A stretch of 64,000 nucleotides of DNA. It comes from the human T2T-CHM13v2.0 reference genome, Homo sapiens. The stretch lies in the NCBI RefSeq assembly GCF_009914755.1, contig NC_060933.1, one strand, 5' to 3'. The notes below the pieces were generated by a model. It was not told where the DNA came from and made no database searches. It saw only the letters and a list, made by a program, of their open reading frames with translations. Shown here piece by piece: positions 14,084 to 28,363 of the stretch. The translations under genes were made by a program, and so were the position numbers. How positions within the stretch are numbered: the first letter of the stretch is position 1; each line of letters starts with the position of its first letter.

Positions 14084-17000
14084 CATTGTACTCGGGTTGA
14101 TTCCATTCCATTGCATTCCATTCCATTCCATTCCATTCCATTCCATTCCATTCCATTTCATTCGGATTGATTCTATTCGACTCCCTAACTCTCCATTACA
14201 TTACATTCCATTCGGGTTGTTCCATTCCATTCCATTCCATTCCATTCCGTTCCATTCCATTCTATTACATTCGGATTGATTCTATTCAATTCCCTTACAC
14301 TCCATTACATTCCATTCCATTCGGGTTGTTCCATTCCATTCCATTCCATTCCACTCCATTTCATTGCGCTCGGGTTGATTCCATTCCAATCCATTCCATT
14401 CCATTCCATTCCATTCCATTCCGGATGATTCCATTCCATTGCATTCCGTTCCATTACATTCCCCTGCACTCGGGTTCATTCCATTCCATTCCATTCCATT
14501 CCATTCCATTCCGTTCCATTCCAATTCTTTCCATTCCATTCTATTCCGTACCATTGCATTCCATTCCATACAATTCCATTCCATTCCATTCCATTCCATT
14601 CCGTTCCGTTCCGTTCCGTTCCGTTCCATTCCATTCCATTCCATTCTATTCGGTTTAATTCCATTCCATTCCATTCTATTCCATTCCATTGCAATCGAGT
14701 TGAATCCATTGCATTCCATTCCATTCCATTCCATTCCATTAAGGAAGATTCCATTCCATTGCATTCCATGTCCTTCCATTCCATTCCATTCCATTCCATT
14801 CCATTCCATTCCATTCCATTGTACTCGGGTTGATTCCATTCCATTCCATTCCATTCCATTCCATTCCATTCCGTTCCATTCCATTCCATTCCGTTCCATT
14901 CCATTCCATTACATTCGGATTGATTCTTTTCAACTCCCTTACTCTCCATTACATTCCATTCCATTCGGGTTGTTCCATTCCATTCCATTCCATTCCACTC
15001 CATTCCATTGCACTCGGGTTGATTCCATTCCATTCCATTCCATTCCCTTCCGGATGATTCCATTCCATTGCATTCCGTTCCATTACATTCCCCTGCACTC
15101 GGGTTGATTCCATTCCATTCCATTCCATTCCATTCCATTCGATTCCATTCCATTCCCCTGCACTCGCGTTGATTCCATTCCATTCCATTCCATTCCATTC
15201 CTTTCCATTCCATTCCATTGCTTTCCATTCCAGTCTTTTCCATTCCATTCCACTCGGGTTGATTCCATTCTATTAGTTTCCATTCCATTCCATTCCCTTC
15301 CATTCCACTCTGGTTGATTCCATTCCTTTCCATTCCACTCGAATACATTCCCTCCTATTCCACTCGGAAAGTTTCCATTCCATTCCATTCCATTCCATTC
15401 CTTTCCATTCCATTCCATTCCATTTCGTTCCATTCCATTCTATTCCGTATCATTCCATTCCATTGCATTCCATTCCATTCCATTCCATTCCATTCCACTC
15501 GTGTTGATTCCATTCCTTTCCATTCCATTCGGTTTGAAGGCATTCCATTCCATTCCATTCCATTCCATTCCATTCCATTCCATTGTACTCGGGTTGTGTC
15601 CATTCCCTTGCATTCCATTCCGTTCCATTCCATTCCATTCCATTCCATTCCGTTCCATTCCATTCCATTACATTCGGATTGATTCTATTCAATTCCCTTA
15701 CACTCCATTACATTCCATTCCATTCGGGTAGTTTCCATTCCATTCCATTCCATTCCACTCCATTCCATTGCACTCGGGTTGATTCCATTCCATTCCATTC
15801 CATTCCATTCCATTCTATTCCTTTCCGTTCCATTCCATTCCATTCCATTCTATTCGGGTTAATTCCATTCCATTCCTTTCCATTCCATTCCAATCGAGTT
15901 AATTCCATTCCATTGCATTCCATTCCTCTCCATTCCAGTCCTTTCCATTCCATTCCACTCGGGTTGATTCCATTCTATTCCTTTCCATTCCATTCCATTG
16001 CAATCGAGTTGATTCCATTGCATTGCATTCCATTCCATTCCATTCCGGATGATTCCATTCCATTGCATTCCATTCCATTCCATTCCCCTGCACTCGGGTT
16101 GATTCCATTCCATTCCACTCCATTGCGTTCCATTGCATTCCATTCCATTGTATTCGGGTTAATTCCATTCCATTCTATTACATTCCATTCCATTCCATTC
16201 CATTACAATCGAGTTGATTCCATTCCATTCCATTCCATTCCATTCCATTCCATTCCATTCCATTCCATTCCACTCGTGTTGATTCCATTCCTTTCCATTC
16301 CATTCGGTTTGAAGCTATTCCATCCCATTCAATTCCATTCCATTCCTTTCCATTCCATTTCGGATGATGCCATTCCATTGCTTTCCATTCCATTCCATTC
16401 CCCTGTACTCAGGTTTATTCCATTCCATTCCATTGCAATCCATGCCATTCCACTCGTGTTGATTCCATTCTTTCCATTCCATTCAAGTTGAATCCATTCC
16501 AATGCATTCCATTCCATTCGATTCCATTGGATTTCACTCGGTTTGATTCCATGGCATTGCATTCCATTCTATTCCATTCCATTCCATTCCATTCCATTCC
16601 TTTCTATTCCATTCCATTCCATTCGGATTCATTCTAATCAATTCCCTTACACTCCATTACATTACATTCCATTCGGGTAGTTTCCATTCCATTCCATTCC
16701 ATTCCATTCCTCTCCATTCCATTGCACACGGGTTGATTCCATTCCATTCCACTCCATTCCATTCCATTCCATTCCATTCCATTCCATTCCGGATGATTCC
16801 ATTCCATTGAATTCCATTCCATTCCATTCCCCTGCACTTGGGTTGATTCTATTCCATTCCATTCCTTTCTGTTCCATTCCATTCCATTCCATTCTATTCT
16901 ATTCGTGTTAATTCCATTCCATTCTATTCCATTCCATTCCATTGAAATCGAGTTGATTCCATTCCATTCAATTCCATTCCAGATGATTCCATTCCATTGC

Positions 17001-19117
17001 ATTCCATTCCATTCCATTCCCCTGCACTCGGGTTGATTCCATTCCATTCCATTCCATTCCATTCCGTTCCATTCTGTTCCATTCCATTCTATTCGGGTTA
17101 ATTCCATTCCATTCCATTCCAGTCCTTTCCATTCCATTCCACTCGGGTTGATTCCATTCTATTCCTTTCCATTCTGTTCCATTCCATTGCAATCGAGTTG
17201 ATTCCATTCGAGTTGAATCCATTCCATTCCATTCCATTCCATTCCATTGAACACGGGTTCATTCCATTCCATTCCATTCCATTCCATTCCATTTCATTGC
17301 ATTCCATTCTATTCCATACCATTCCATTCCATCCCATTCCATTCCGTTCCATTCCATGCCATTACACTCGGGTTGATTCCATTCCTTTCCATTCCATTGT
17401 TGTTGAATCCATTCCATTCCATTCCATTCCATTCGAATCCATTCCATTGCACTCGGGTTGATTCCATTCCATTCCATTCCATTTCATTTCATTCCATTCC
17501 ATTCCATTACATTCGGATTGATTCTATTCAATTCCCTTACACTCCATTACATTCCATTCCATTCGGGATGTTTCCATTCCATTCCATTCCATTCCATTCC
17601 ATTCCGGATGATTCCATTCCATTGCATTCCATTCCATTCCATTCCCCTGCACTCGGGTTGATTCCATTCCATTCCATTCCATTCCATTCCATTCCATTCC
17701 ATTCCATTCCGTTCCGTTCCGTTCCGTTCCATTCCACTCCATTCCAATCCATTCCATTCTATTCGTGTTAATTCCATTCCATTCCATTTGATTCCATTCC
17801 ATTCCATTCCATTCCATTGCAATCGAGTTGATTCCATTCCATTCCATTCCATTCCGTTCCGGATGATTCCATTCCATTGCATTCCATTCCATTCCATTCC
17901 CCTGCAGTCGGGTTGATTCCATTCCATTCCATTCCATTCCATTCCATTCCATTCCATTCCGTTCCATTCCATTCCATTCCATTCTATTCGGGTTAATTCC
18001 ATTCCATTCCATTCCATTCCATTCCAATCGAGTTGATTCCATTCCATTCCATTCCATTCCATTTCGTTCCATTCCATTCTATTCCGTACCATTCCATTCC
18101 ATTCCATTCCTTTCCATTCCATTCCAATTCACTCATGTTGATTCCATTGCCTTCCATTCCATTCGGTTTGAAGGCATTCCATTCCATTCCATTCCATTCC
18201 GTTCCCTTGTACTCGGGTTGATTCCATTCCATTGCATTCCATTCCATTCCATTACATTCCATTCCATTCCATTCCATTCCGTTGCATTCCATTCCATTAC
18301 ATTCGGATTGATTCTATTCAACTCCCTTACTCTCCATTACATTCCATTCCATTCGGGTTGTTCCATTCCATTCCATTCCATTCCATTCCATTCCATTCCA
18401 TTCCATTCCATTGCACTCGGGTTGATTCCATTCCATTCCATTCCATTCCATTCCTTTCCGGATGATTCCATTCCATTGCATTCCGTTCAATTACATTCCA
18501 CTGCACTCGCGTTGATTCCATTCCATTCCATTCCATTCCATTCAATTCCATTCCATTACAATTCGTTCCATTCCATTCTATTCCGTACCATTCCATTCCA
18601 TTCCATACCATTCCATTCCATTCCATTCCATTCCATTCCATTCCATTCCGTTCCATTCCATTCCATTCCATTCTATTCGGGTTAATTCCATTCCATTCCA
18701 TTCCATTCCATTCCATTCCATTACATTCGAGTTGATTCCATTCCATTCCATTCCATTCCATTCCATTCCAGTCCTTTCCATTCCATTCCACTCGGTTGAT
18801 TCCATTCTATTTGTTTCCATTCCATTCCATTCCCTTCCATTCCACTCCGGTTGATTCCATTCCTTTCCATTCCACTCGAATACATTCCCTCCTATTCCAC
18901 TCGGAACGATTCCATTCCATTCCATTCCATTCCATTCCATTCCATTCCATTCCATTTCTTTCCATTCCATTCTATTCCGTATCATTCCATTCCATTCCAT
19001 TCCATTCCATTCCATTCCATTCCACTCGTGTTGATTCCATTCCTTTCCATTCCATTCGGTTTGAAGGCATTCCATTCCATTCCATTCCATTCCATTCCAT
19101 TCCATTCCATTCCATTC
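14084..19117 (+). repeat. ~5.05 kb tandem duplication, copy 2
   Basis: Collinear with 9031-14083. The offset drifts 5053>5068>5063>5014>5024 through pentamer-count changes and one ~54 bp deletion near 17590. Confidence 0.95.
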
Positions 19118-21491
19118 CATTGTACTCGGGTTGATTCCATTCCATTGCATTCCATTCCATTCCATTCCATTCCATTCCGTTGCATTCCATTACATTCAGA
19201 TTGATTCTATTCAACTCCCTTACCATCCATTACATTCCATTCCATTCGTGTTGATCCATTCCATTCCATTCCATTCCACTCCATTCCATTGCACTCGGGT
19301 TGATTCCATTCCATTCCATTCCATTCCGGATGATTCCATTCCATTGCATTTCGTTCCATTACATTCCCCTGCACTCGCGTTGATTCCATTCCATTCCATT
19401 CAATTCCATTCCATTACAATTCGTTCCATTCCATTCTATTCCGTACCATTCCATTCCATTCCATACCATTCCATTCCATTCCCTTCCATTCCATTCCGTT
19501 CCATTCCGTTCCATTGCATTCCATTCCATTCTATTCGGGTTAATTCCATTCCATTCCATTCCATTCCATTCTATTCCATTCCATTGCAATCGAGTTGAAT
19601 CCATTGCATTTCATTCCATTCCATTCCATTCCATTCCATTCCGGAAGATTCCATTCCATTGCATTCCATTCCATTCCATTCCCCTGCACTCGCGTTGATT
19701 CCATTCCATTCCATTCCATTCCATTCCGTTCCGTTCAGTTCCGTTCCATTCCATTAGATTCCATTCCGTTCCGTTCCATTCCATTCCATTCCATTCCATT
19801 CTATTTGGGTTAATTCCATTCCATTCCATTCGATTGCAATCGAGTTGATTCCATTCCGTTCCATTCCATTCCTTTCCATTCCATTACGGATGATTCCATT
19901 CCATTGCATTCCATTCCATTCCATTCCCCTGTACTCGGGTTGATTCCATTCCATTCCATTCCAATCCATGCCATTCCACTCGTGTTGATTCCATTCTTTC
20001 AATTCCATTCAAGTTGAATCCATTCCATTGCATTCCATTCCATTCGATTCCATTCGATTGCACTCGGGTTGATTCCATTCCATTGCATTCCATTCCATTC
20101 CATTTCATTCCATTCCATTCCATTCCGTTCCATTCCATTCCATTACATTCGGATTGATTCTATTCAATTCCCTTACACTCCATTACATTCCATTCCATTC
20201 GGGTAGTTTCCCTTCCATTCCATTCCATTCTTCTCCATTCCATTGCACTCGGGTTGATTCCATTCCATTGCATTCCATTCCATTCCATTCAATTCCATTC
20301 AGTTCCATTCCATTCCATTACATTCGGATTGATTCTATTCAACTCCCGTACTCTCCATTACATTCGATTCCATTCGGGTTGTTCCATTCCATTCCATTCC
20401 ATTCCACTCCATTCCATTGCACTCGGGTTGATTCCATTCCATTCCATTCCATTCCGGAAGATTCCATTCCATTGCTTTCCATTACATTCCATTCCCCTGC
20501 ACTCGCGTTGATTCCATTCCATTCCATTCCATTCCATTCCATTCCGTTCCGTTCCGTTCCATTCCATTCCATTCCATTCCATTCCATTCCGTTCCGTTCC
20601 ATTCCGTTCCATTCCATTCCATTCCATTCTATTCGGGTTAATTCCATTCCATTCCATTCCATTGAAATCGAGTTGATTCCTTTCCATTCTATTCCATTCC
20701 ATTCCATTCCATTCCATTCCTTTCCATTCCATTACGGATGATTCCATTCCATTGCATTCCATTCCATTCCATTCCCCTGTACTCGGGTTGATTCCATTCC
20801 ATTCCATTGCAATCCATGCTATTCCACTCGTGTTGATTCCATTCTTTCCATTCCATTCAAGTTGAATCCATTCCATTGCATTCCATTCCATTCCATTCCC
20901 CTTCAGTCGGGGTGATTCCATTCCATTGCATTCCATTCCATTCCATTCCTTTCCTTTCCATTTAATTCCATTCCATTCTATTCGGGTTAATTCCATTCCA
21001 TTGCATTCCATTCCATTCCATTCCATTCCATTCCAATCGAGTTGATTCCATTCCATTCCATTCCATTCCATTCCACTCCATTCTAGTCCTTTCCATTCCA
21101 TTCCACTCGGGTTGATTCCAATGTATTCCTTTCCATTCCATTCCATTCCATTGCAATTGAGTTGATTCCATTGCTTTGCATTCCATTCCATTCCATTCCG
21201 GATGATTCCATTCCATTGCATTCCATTCCATTCCATTCCCCTGCACTCGGGTTGATTCCAATCCATTCCACTCCATTCCGTTCCATTCCATTCCATTCCG
21301 TTGTATTCGGGTTAATTCCATTCCATTCCATTCAATTCCATTCCATTCCAATCCATTACAATCGAGTTAATTCCATTCCATTCCATTCCATTCCATTCCA
21401 TTCCATTCCAGTCATTTCCATTCCATTCCACTCGGGTTGATTCCATTCTATTAGTTTCCATTCCATTCCATTCCCTTCCATTCCACTCTGG
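18851..21491 (+). repeat. Apparently complete ~2.6 kb higher-order macro-unit
   Basis: Interval between consecutive CGAATACATTCCCTCCTATTCCACTCGGAACG landmarks, containing the full ordered module series also seen in 21492-24207 and 28364-30855. Confidence 0.7.
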
Positions 21492-24207
21492 TTGATTCCA
21501 TTCCTTTCCATTCCACTCGAATACGTTCCCTCCTATTCCACTCTGAACGAATCCATTCTATTCCATTCCATTCCATTCCATTTCGTTCCATTCCGTTCTA
21601 TTCCGTACCATTCCATTCCATTCCATTCCTTTCCATTCCATTCCATTCCACTCGTGTTGATTCCATTCCTTTCCATTCCATTCGGTTTGAAGACATTCCA
21701 ATCCATTCCATTCCATTCCATTCCATTCCATTCCATTCCATTCCATTCCATTGTACTCGGGTTGATTCCATTCCATTGCATTCCATTCCATTCCATTCCA
21801 TTCCATTCCGTTGCATTCCATTCCATTACATTCGGATTGATTCTATTCAACTCCCTTACTCTCCATTCCATTCCATTCCATTCGGGTTGTTCCATTCCAT
21901 TCCATTCCATTCCACTCCATTCCATTGCACTCGGGTTGATTCCATTCCATTCCATTCCATTCCATTCCGGATGATTCCATTCCATTGCATTCCGTTCCAT
22001 TACATTCCCCTGCACTCGCGTTGATTCCATTCCATTCCATTCCATTCCATTCAATTCCATTCCATTACAATTCGTTCCATTCCATTCTATTCCGTGCTAT
22101 TCCATTCCATTCCATACCATTCCATTCCATTCCATTCCATTCCATTCCATTCCATTCCGTTCCATTCCGTTCCATTCCATTCCATTCCATTCTATTCGGG
22201 TTAATTCCATTCCATTCCATTCCATTCCATTCTATTCCATTCCATTGCAATCGAGTTGAATCCATTGCATTTCATTCCATTCCATTCCATTCCATTCCGG
22301 AAGATTCCATTCCATTGCATTCCATTCCAATCCATTCCATTCCCCTACACTCGCGTTGATTCCATTCCATTCCATTCCATTCCATTCCATTCTGTTCCGT
22401 TCCGTTCCGTTCCATTCCATTCCATTCCATTCCATTCCATTCAATTCCGTTCCGTTCCATTCCATTCCATTCCATTCTATTTGGGTTAATTCCATTCCAT
22501 TCCATTCGATTGCAATCGAGTTGATTCCATTCCATTCCATTCCATTCCATTCCTTTCCATTCCACTACGGATGATTCCATTCCATTGCATTCCATTCCAT
22601 TCCATTCCCCTGTACTCGGGTTGATTCCATTCCATTCCATTCCAATCCATGCCATTCCACTCGTGTTGATTCCATTCTTTCCATTCCATTCAAGTTGAAT
22701 CCATTCCATTGCATTGCATTCCATTCGATTCCATTCAATTGCACTCTTGTTGATTCCATTCCATTCCATTCCATTCCATTCCATTCCATTCCATTCCGTT
22801 ACTTTCCATTCCATTACATTCAGATTGATTCTATTCAATTCCCTTACACTCCATTACATTCCATTCCATTCGGGTAGTTTCCATTCCATTCCATTCCATT
22901 CCTCTCCATTCCATTGCACTCGGGTTGATTCCATTCCATTGCATTCCATTCCATTCCATTCAATTCCATTCCGTTCCATTCCATTCCATTACATTCGGAA
23001 TGATTCTATTCAACTCCCTTACTCTCCATTACATTCCATTCCATTCGGGTTGTTCCATTCCATTCCATTCCATTCCACTCCATTCCATTGCACTCGGGTT
23101 GATTCCATTCCATTCCATTCCATTCCATTTCGGAAGATTCCATTCCATTGCATTCCATTACATTCCATTCCCCTGCACTCGCGTTGATTCCATTCCATTC
23201 CATTCCATTCCATTCCGTTCCTTTCCGTTCCATTCCATTCCATTCCATTCCATTCCATTCCGTTCCGTTCTGTTCCGTTCCATTCCATTCTATTCCATTC
23301 TATTCGGGTTAATTCCATTCCATTCCATTTGATTGCAATCGAGTTGATTCCATTCCATTCTATTCCATTCCATTCCATTCCATTCCATTCCTTTCCATTC
23401 CATTACGGATGATTCCATTCCATTGCATTCCATTCCATTCCATTCCCCTGTACTCGGGTTCATTCCATTCCATTCCATTCCAATCCATGCCATTCCACTC
23501 TTGTTGATTCCATTCTTTCCATTCCATTCAAGTTGAATCCATTCCATTGCATTCCATTCCATTCCATTCCCCTGCAGTAGGGTTGATTCCATTCCATTCC
23601 ATTCCATTCCATTCCATTCCATTCCATTCCATTCCATTTCATTCCTTTCCGTTCCATTTAATTCCATTCCATTCTATTCGGGTTAATTCCATTCCATTCC
23701 ATTCCATTCCATTCCATTCCATTCCATTCCAATCGAGTTGATTCCATTCCATTCCATTCCATTCCATTCCAGTCCTTTCCATTCCATTCCACTCGGGTTG
23801 ATTCCAATGAATTCCTTTCCATTCCATTCCATTCCATTGCAATCGAGTTGATTCCATTGCTTTGCATTCCATTCCATTCCATTCCATTCCGGATGATTCC
23901 ATTCCATTGCATTCCATTCCATTCCATTCCATTCCCCTGCACTCGGGTTGATTCCATTCCATTCCACTCCATTCCGTTCCAATCCATTCCCTTCCATTGT
24001 ATTTGGGTTAATTCCATTCCATTCCATTCCATTCCATTCCATTCCATTCCATTCCATTCCATTCCATTACAATCGAGTTGATTGCATTCCATTCCATTGC
24101 ATTCCATTCCATTCCATTCCATTCCAGTCCTTTCCATTCCATTCCACTCGGGTTGATTCCATTCTATTAGTTTCCATTCCATTCCATTCCCTTCCATTCC
24201 ACTCTGG
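21492..24207 (+). repeat. Apparently complete ~2.7 kb higher-order macro-unit
   Basis: Same module order as 18851-21491; differs by point variants and pentamer run lengths. Confidence 0.7.
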
Positions 24208-24970
24208 TTGATTCCATTCCTTTCCAATCCACTCGAATACATTCCCTCCTATTCCACTCGGAACGATTCCATTCCATTCCATTCCATTCCATTCCATTCT
24301 ATTCCATTCCATTTCTTTCCATTCCATTCTATTCCATACCATTCCATTCCATTCGATTGCATTCCATTACATTCCTTCCCATTCCACTCTTGTTGATTCC
24401 ATTCCTTTCCATTCCATTCGGTTTGAAGCCATTCCATTCCATTCCATTCCATTCCATTCCATTCCATTCCATTCCATTCCATTCCATTGTACTCGGGTTG
24501 ATTCCATTCAATTGCATTCCATTCCATTCCATTCCATTCCGTTCCATTCCATTCCATTACATTCGGATTGATTCTATTCAACTCCCTTACTCTCCATTAC
24601 ATTCCATTCCATTCTGGTTGTTCCATTCCATTCCATTCCATTCCACTACATTCCATTGCACTCGGGTTGATTCCATTCCATTCCATTCCATTCCATTCCA
24701 TTCCATTCCATTCCGCATGATTCCATTCCATTACATTCTGTTCCATTACATTTCCCTGCACTCGCTTTGATTCCATTCCATTCCATTCCATTCCCCACCA
24801 TTCCATTCCATTCCATTCCATTCCATTCCATTCCATTCCGTTCCGTTCCATTCCGTTCCATTCCATTCCATTCTATTCGGGTTAATTCCATTCCATTCCA
24901 TTCCATTCCATTCTATTCCATTCCATAGCAATCGAGTTGAATCCATTGCATTCCATTCCATTGAATTCCA

Positions 24971-27321
24971 TTCCGGAAGATTCCATTCCATTGCATTCCA
25001 TTACATTCCATTCCCCTGCACTCGCGTTGATTCCATTCCATTCCATTCCATTCGGATTCATTCTATTCAATTCCCTTACACTCCATTACATTCCATTCGA
25101 TTCGTGTAGGTTCCATTCCATTCCATTCCATTCCTCTCCATTCCATTGCACTCGGGTTGATTCCATTCCATTCCATTCCATTCCGGGTGATTCCATTCCA
25201 TTGAATTCCATTCCATTCCATTCCCCTGCACTTGGGTTGATTCCATTCCATTCCATTCCATTCCTTTCTGTTCCATTCAATTCCATTCCATTCCATTCTA
25301 TTCGTGTTAATTCCATTCCATTGTATTCCATTCCATTCCATTGAAATCGAGTTGATTCCATTCCATTCCATTCCATTCCATTCCATTCCATTCCGTTCCA
25401 TTCAGGATGATTCCTTTCCATTGTATTCCATTCCTTTCCATTCCCCTGCACTCGGGTTGATTCCATTCCATTCCATTCCATTACATTCCATTCCATTCCG
25501 ATCCATTTCATTCTATTCGGGTTAATTCCATTCCATTCCATTCCACTCCATTCCAGTCCTTTCCATTCCATTCCACTCGGGATGATTCCATTCTATTCCT
25601 TTCAATTCCATTCCATTCCATTGCAATCCAGTTGATTCCATTCGAGTTGAATCCATTCCATTCCATTCCATTGCACACGGGTTCATTCCATTCCATTCCA
25701 TTCCATTCCATTCCATTTCATTCCATTCCATTCTATTCCGTACCATTCCATTCCATCCCATTCCATTCCGTTCCATTCCATACCATTACACTCGGGTTGA
25801 TTCCATTCCTTTCCATTCCATTCTTGTTGAATCCATTCCATTCCATTCCATTCCATTCCTTTCCGGAAGATTCCATTCCATTGCATTCCATTACATTCCA
25901 TTCCCCTGCACTGGCGTTGATTCCATTCCATTCCATTCAATTCCATTCCATTACAATTCGTTCCATTCCATTCTATTCCGTACCATTCCATTCCATTCCA
26001 TACCATTCCATTCCATTCCATTCCATTCCGTTCCATTCCGTTCCATTCCATTCCATTCCATTCAATTCGGGTTAATCCCATTCCATTCCATTCCATAGCA
26101 TTCTATTCCATTCCATTGCAATCGAGTTGAATCCATTGCATTTCATTCCATTCCATTCCATTGCATTCCATTCCGGAAGATTCCATTCCATTGCATTCCA
26201 TTACATTCCAATCCCCTGCACTCGCGTTGATTCCATTCCATTCCATTCCATTCCATTCCGTTCCGTTCCGTTCCGTTCCGTTCCGTTCCATTCCATTCCA
26301 TTCCATTCCGTTCCGTTCCGTTCCGTTCCGTTCCATTCCATTCCATTCCATTCCATTCCGTTCCGTTCCGTTCCGTTCCGTTCCATTCCATTCCATTCCA
26401 TTCTATTCGGGTTAATTCCATTCCATTCCACTCGATTGCAATCGAGTTGATTCCATTCCATTCCATTCCATTCCACTCCATTCCATTCCATTCCATTCCG
26501 GAAGATTCCATTCCATTGCATTCCATTCCTTTCCATTCCCCTGCACTCACGTTGTTTCCATTCCATTCCATTCCATTCCGTTCCATTCCATTCCATTCCC
26601 TTCCATTCCGTTCCGTTCCGTTCCATTCCATTCCATTCCATTCTATTCGGGTTAATTCCATTCCATTCCATTCGATTGCAATCGTGTTGATTCCATTCCA
26701 TTCCATTCCATTCCATTCCATTCCTTTCCATTCCATTACGGATGATTCCATTCCATTGCATTCCATTCCATTCCATTCCCCTGTACTCGGGTTGATTCTA
26801 TTCCATTGCATTCCAATCCATGGCCTTCCACTTGTGTTGATTCCATTCTTTCCATTCCATTCAAGTTGAATCCATTCCATTGCATTCCATTCCATTCGAT
26901 TCCATTCGATTGCACTCGGGTTGATTCCATTCCATTGCATTCCATTCCATTCCATTCCATTCCATTCCATTCCATTCCATTACATTCGGATTGATTCTAT
27001 TCAATTCCCTTACTCTCCATTACATTCCATTCCATTCGGGTAGTTTCCATTCCATTCTATTCCATTCCTCTCCATTCCATTGCACTCGGGTTGATTCCAT
27101 TCCATTGCATTCCATTCCATTCCATTCCATTCCATTCCGTTCCATTCCATTCCATTACATTCGGATTGATTCTATTCAACTCCCTTACTCTCTATTACAT
27201 TCCATTCCATTCGGGCTGTTCCATTCCATTCCATTCCATTCCACTCCAATCCATTGCATTCGGGTTTATTCCATTCCATTCCATTCCATTCCATTCCATT
27301 CCATTCCATTCCGGAAGATTC
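24971..27321. promoter_or_regulatory. Cluster of five HSE motifs (24971, 25861, 26171, 26496, 27309)
   Basis: TTCCGGAAGATTC at each listed position. Confidence 0.5.
26256..26385 (+). repeat. Local (CCGTT)n variant-pentamer expansion, three blocks at ~50 bp spacing
   Basis: Runs of about 6, 5 and 5 consecutive CCGTT units separated by CCATT units. Confidence 0.85.
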
Positions 27322-28363
27322 CATTCCATTGCATTCCATTCCATTCCATTCCCCTGCACTCGCGTTGATTCCATTCGATTCCATTCCATTCCATTCCATT
27401 CCATTCCATTCCTTTCCGTTCCATTCCATTCCATTCCATTCCATTCCGTTCCGTTCCGTTCCACTCCATTCCATTCCATTCTATTCGGGTTAATTCCATT
27501 CCATTCCATTCGATTGCAATCGAGTTGATTCCATTCCATTCCATTCCATTCCATTCCATTCCTTTCCATTCCATTACGGATGATTCCATTCCATTGCATT
27601 CCATTCCATTCCATTCCCCTGTACTCGGGTTCATTCCATTCCATTCCATTCCAATCCATGCCATTCCACTCGTGTTGATTCCATTCTTTCCATTCCATTC
27701 AAGTTGAATACATTCCATTGCATTCCATTCCATACCATTCCCCTGCAGTCGGGTTGATTCCATTCCATTCCATTCCATTCCATTCCATTCCATTCCATTC
27801 CTTTCCGTTCCGTTCCATTCCATTCCATTCCATTCTATTCGGGTTAATTCCATTCCATTCCATTGCATTCCATTCCATTCCAATCGAGTTGATTCCATTC
27901 CATTCCATTCCATTCCATTCCATTCCATTCCATTCCACTCCATTCCAGTCCTTTCCATTGCATTCCACTAGGGTTGATTCCAATGTATTCCTTTCCATTC
28001 CATTCCATTCCATTGCAATCGAGTTGATTCCATTGCTTTGCATTCCATTCCATTCCATTCCATTCCGGATGATTCCATTCCATTGCATTCCATTCCATTC
28101 CATTCCCCTGCACTCGGGTTGATTCCATTCCATTCCACTCCATTACGTTCCATTCCATTCCATTCCGTTGTATTCGGGTTAATTCCATTCCATTCCACTC
28201 CATTCCATTCCATTCCATTCCATTCCAATCGAGTTGATTCCATTCCATTCCATTCCATTCCATTCCATTCCATTCCATTCCATTCCTTTCCATTCCATTC
28301 CACTCGGGTTGATTCCATTCTATTAGTTTCCATTCCATTCCATTCCCTTCCATTCCACTCTGG

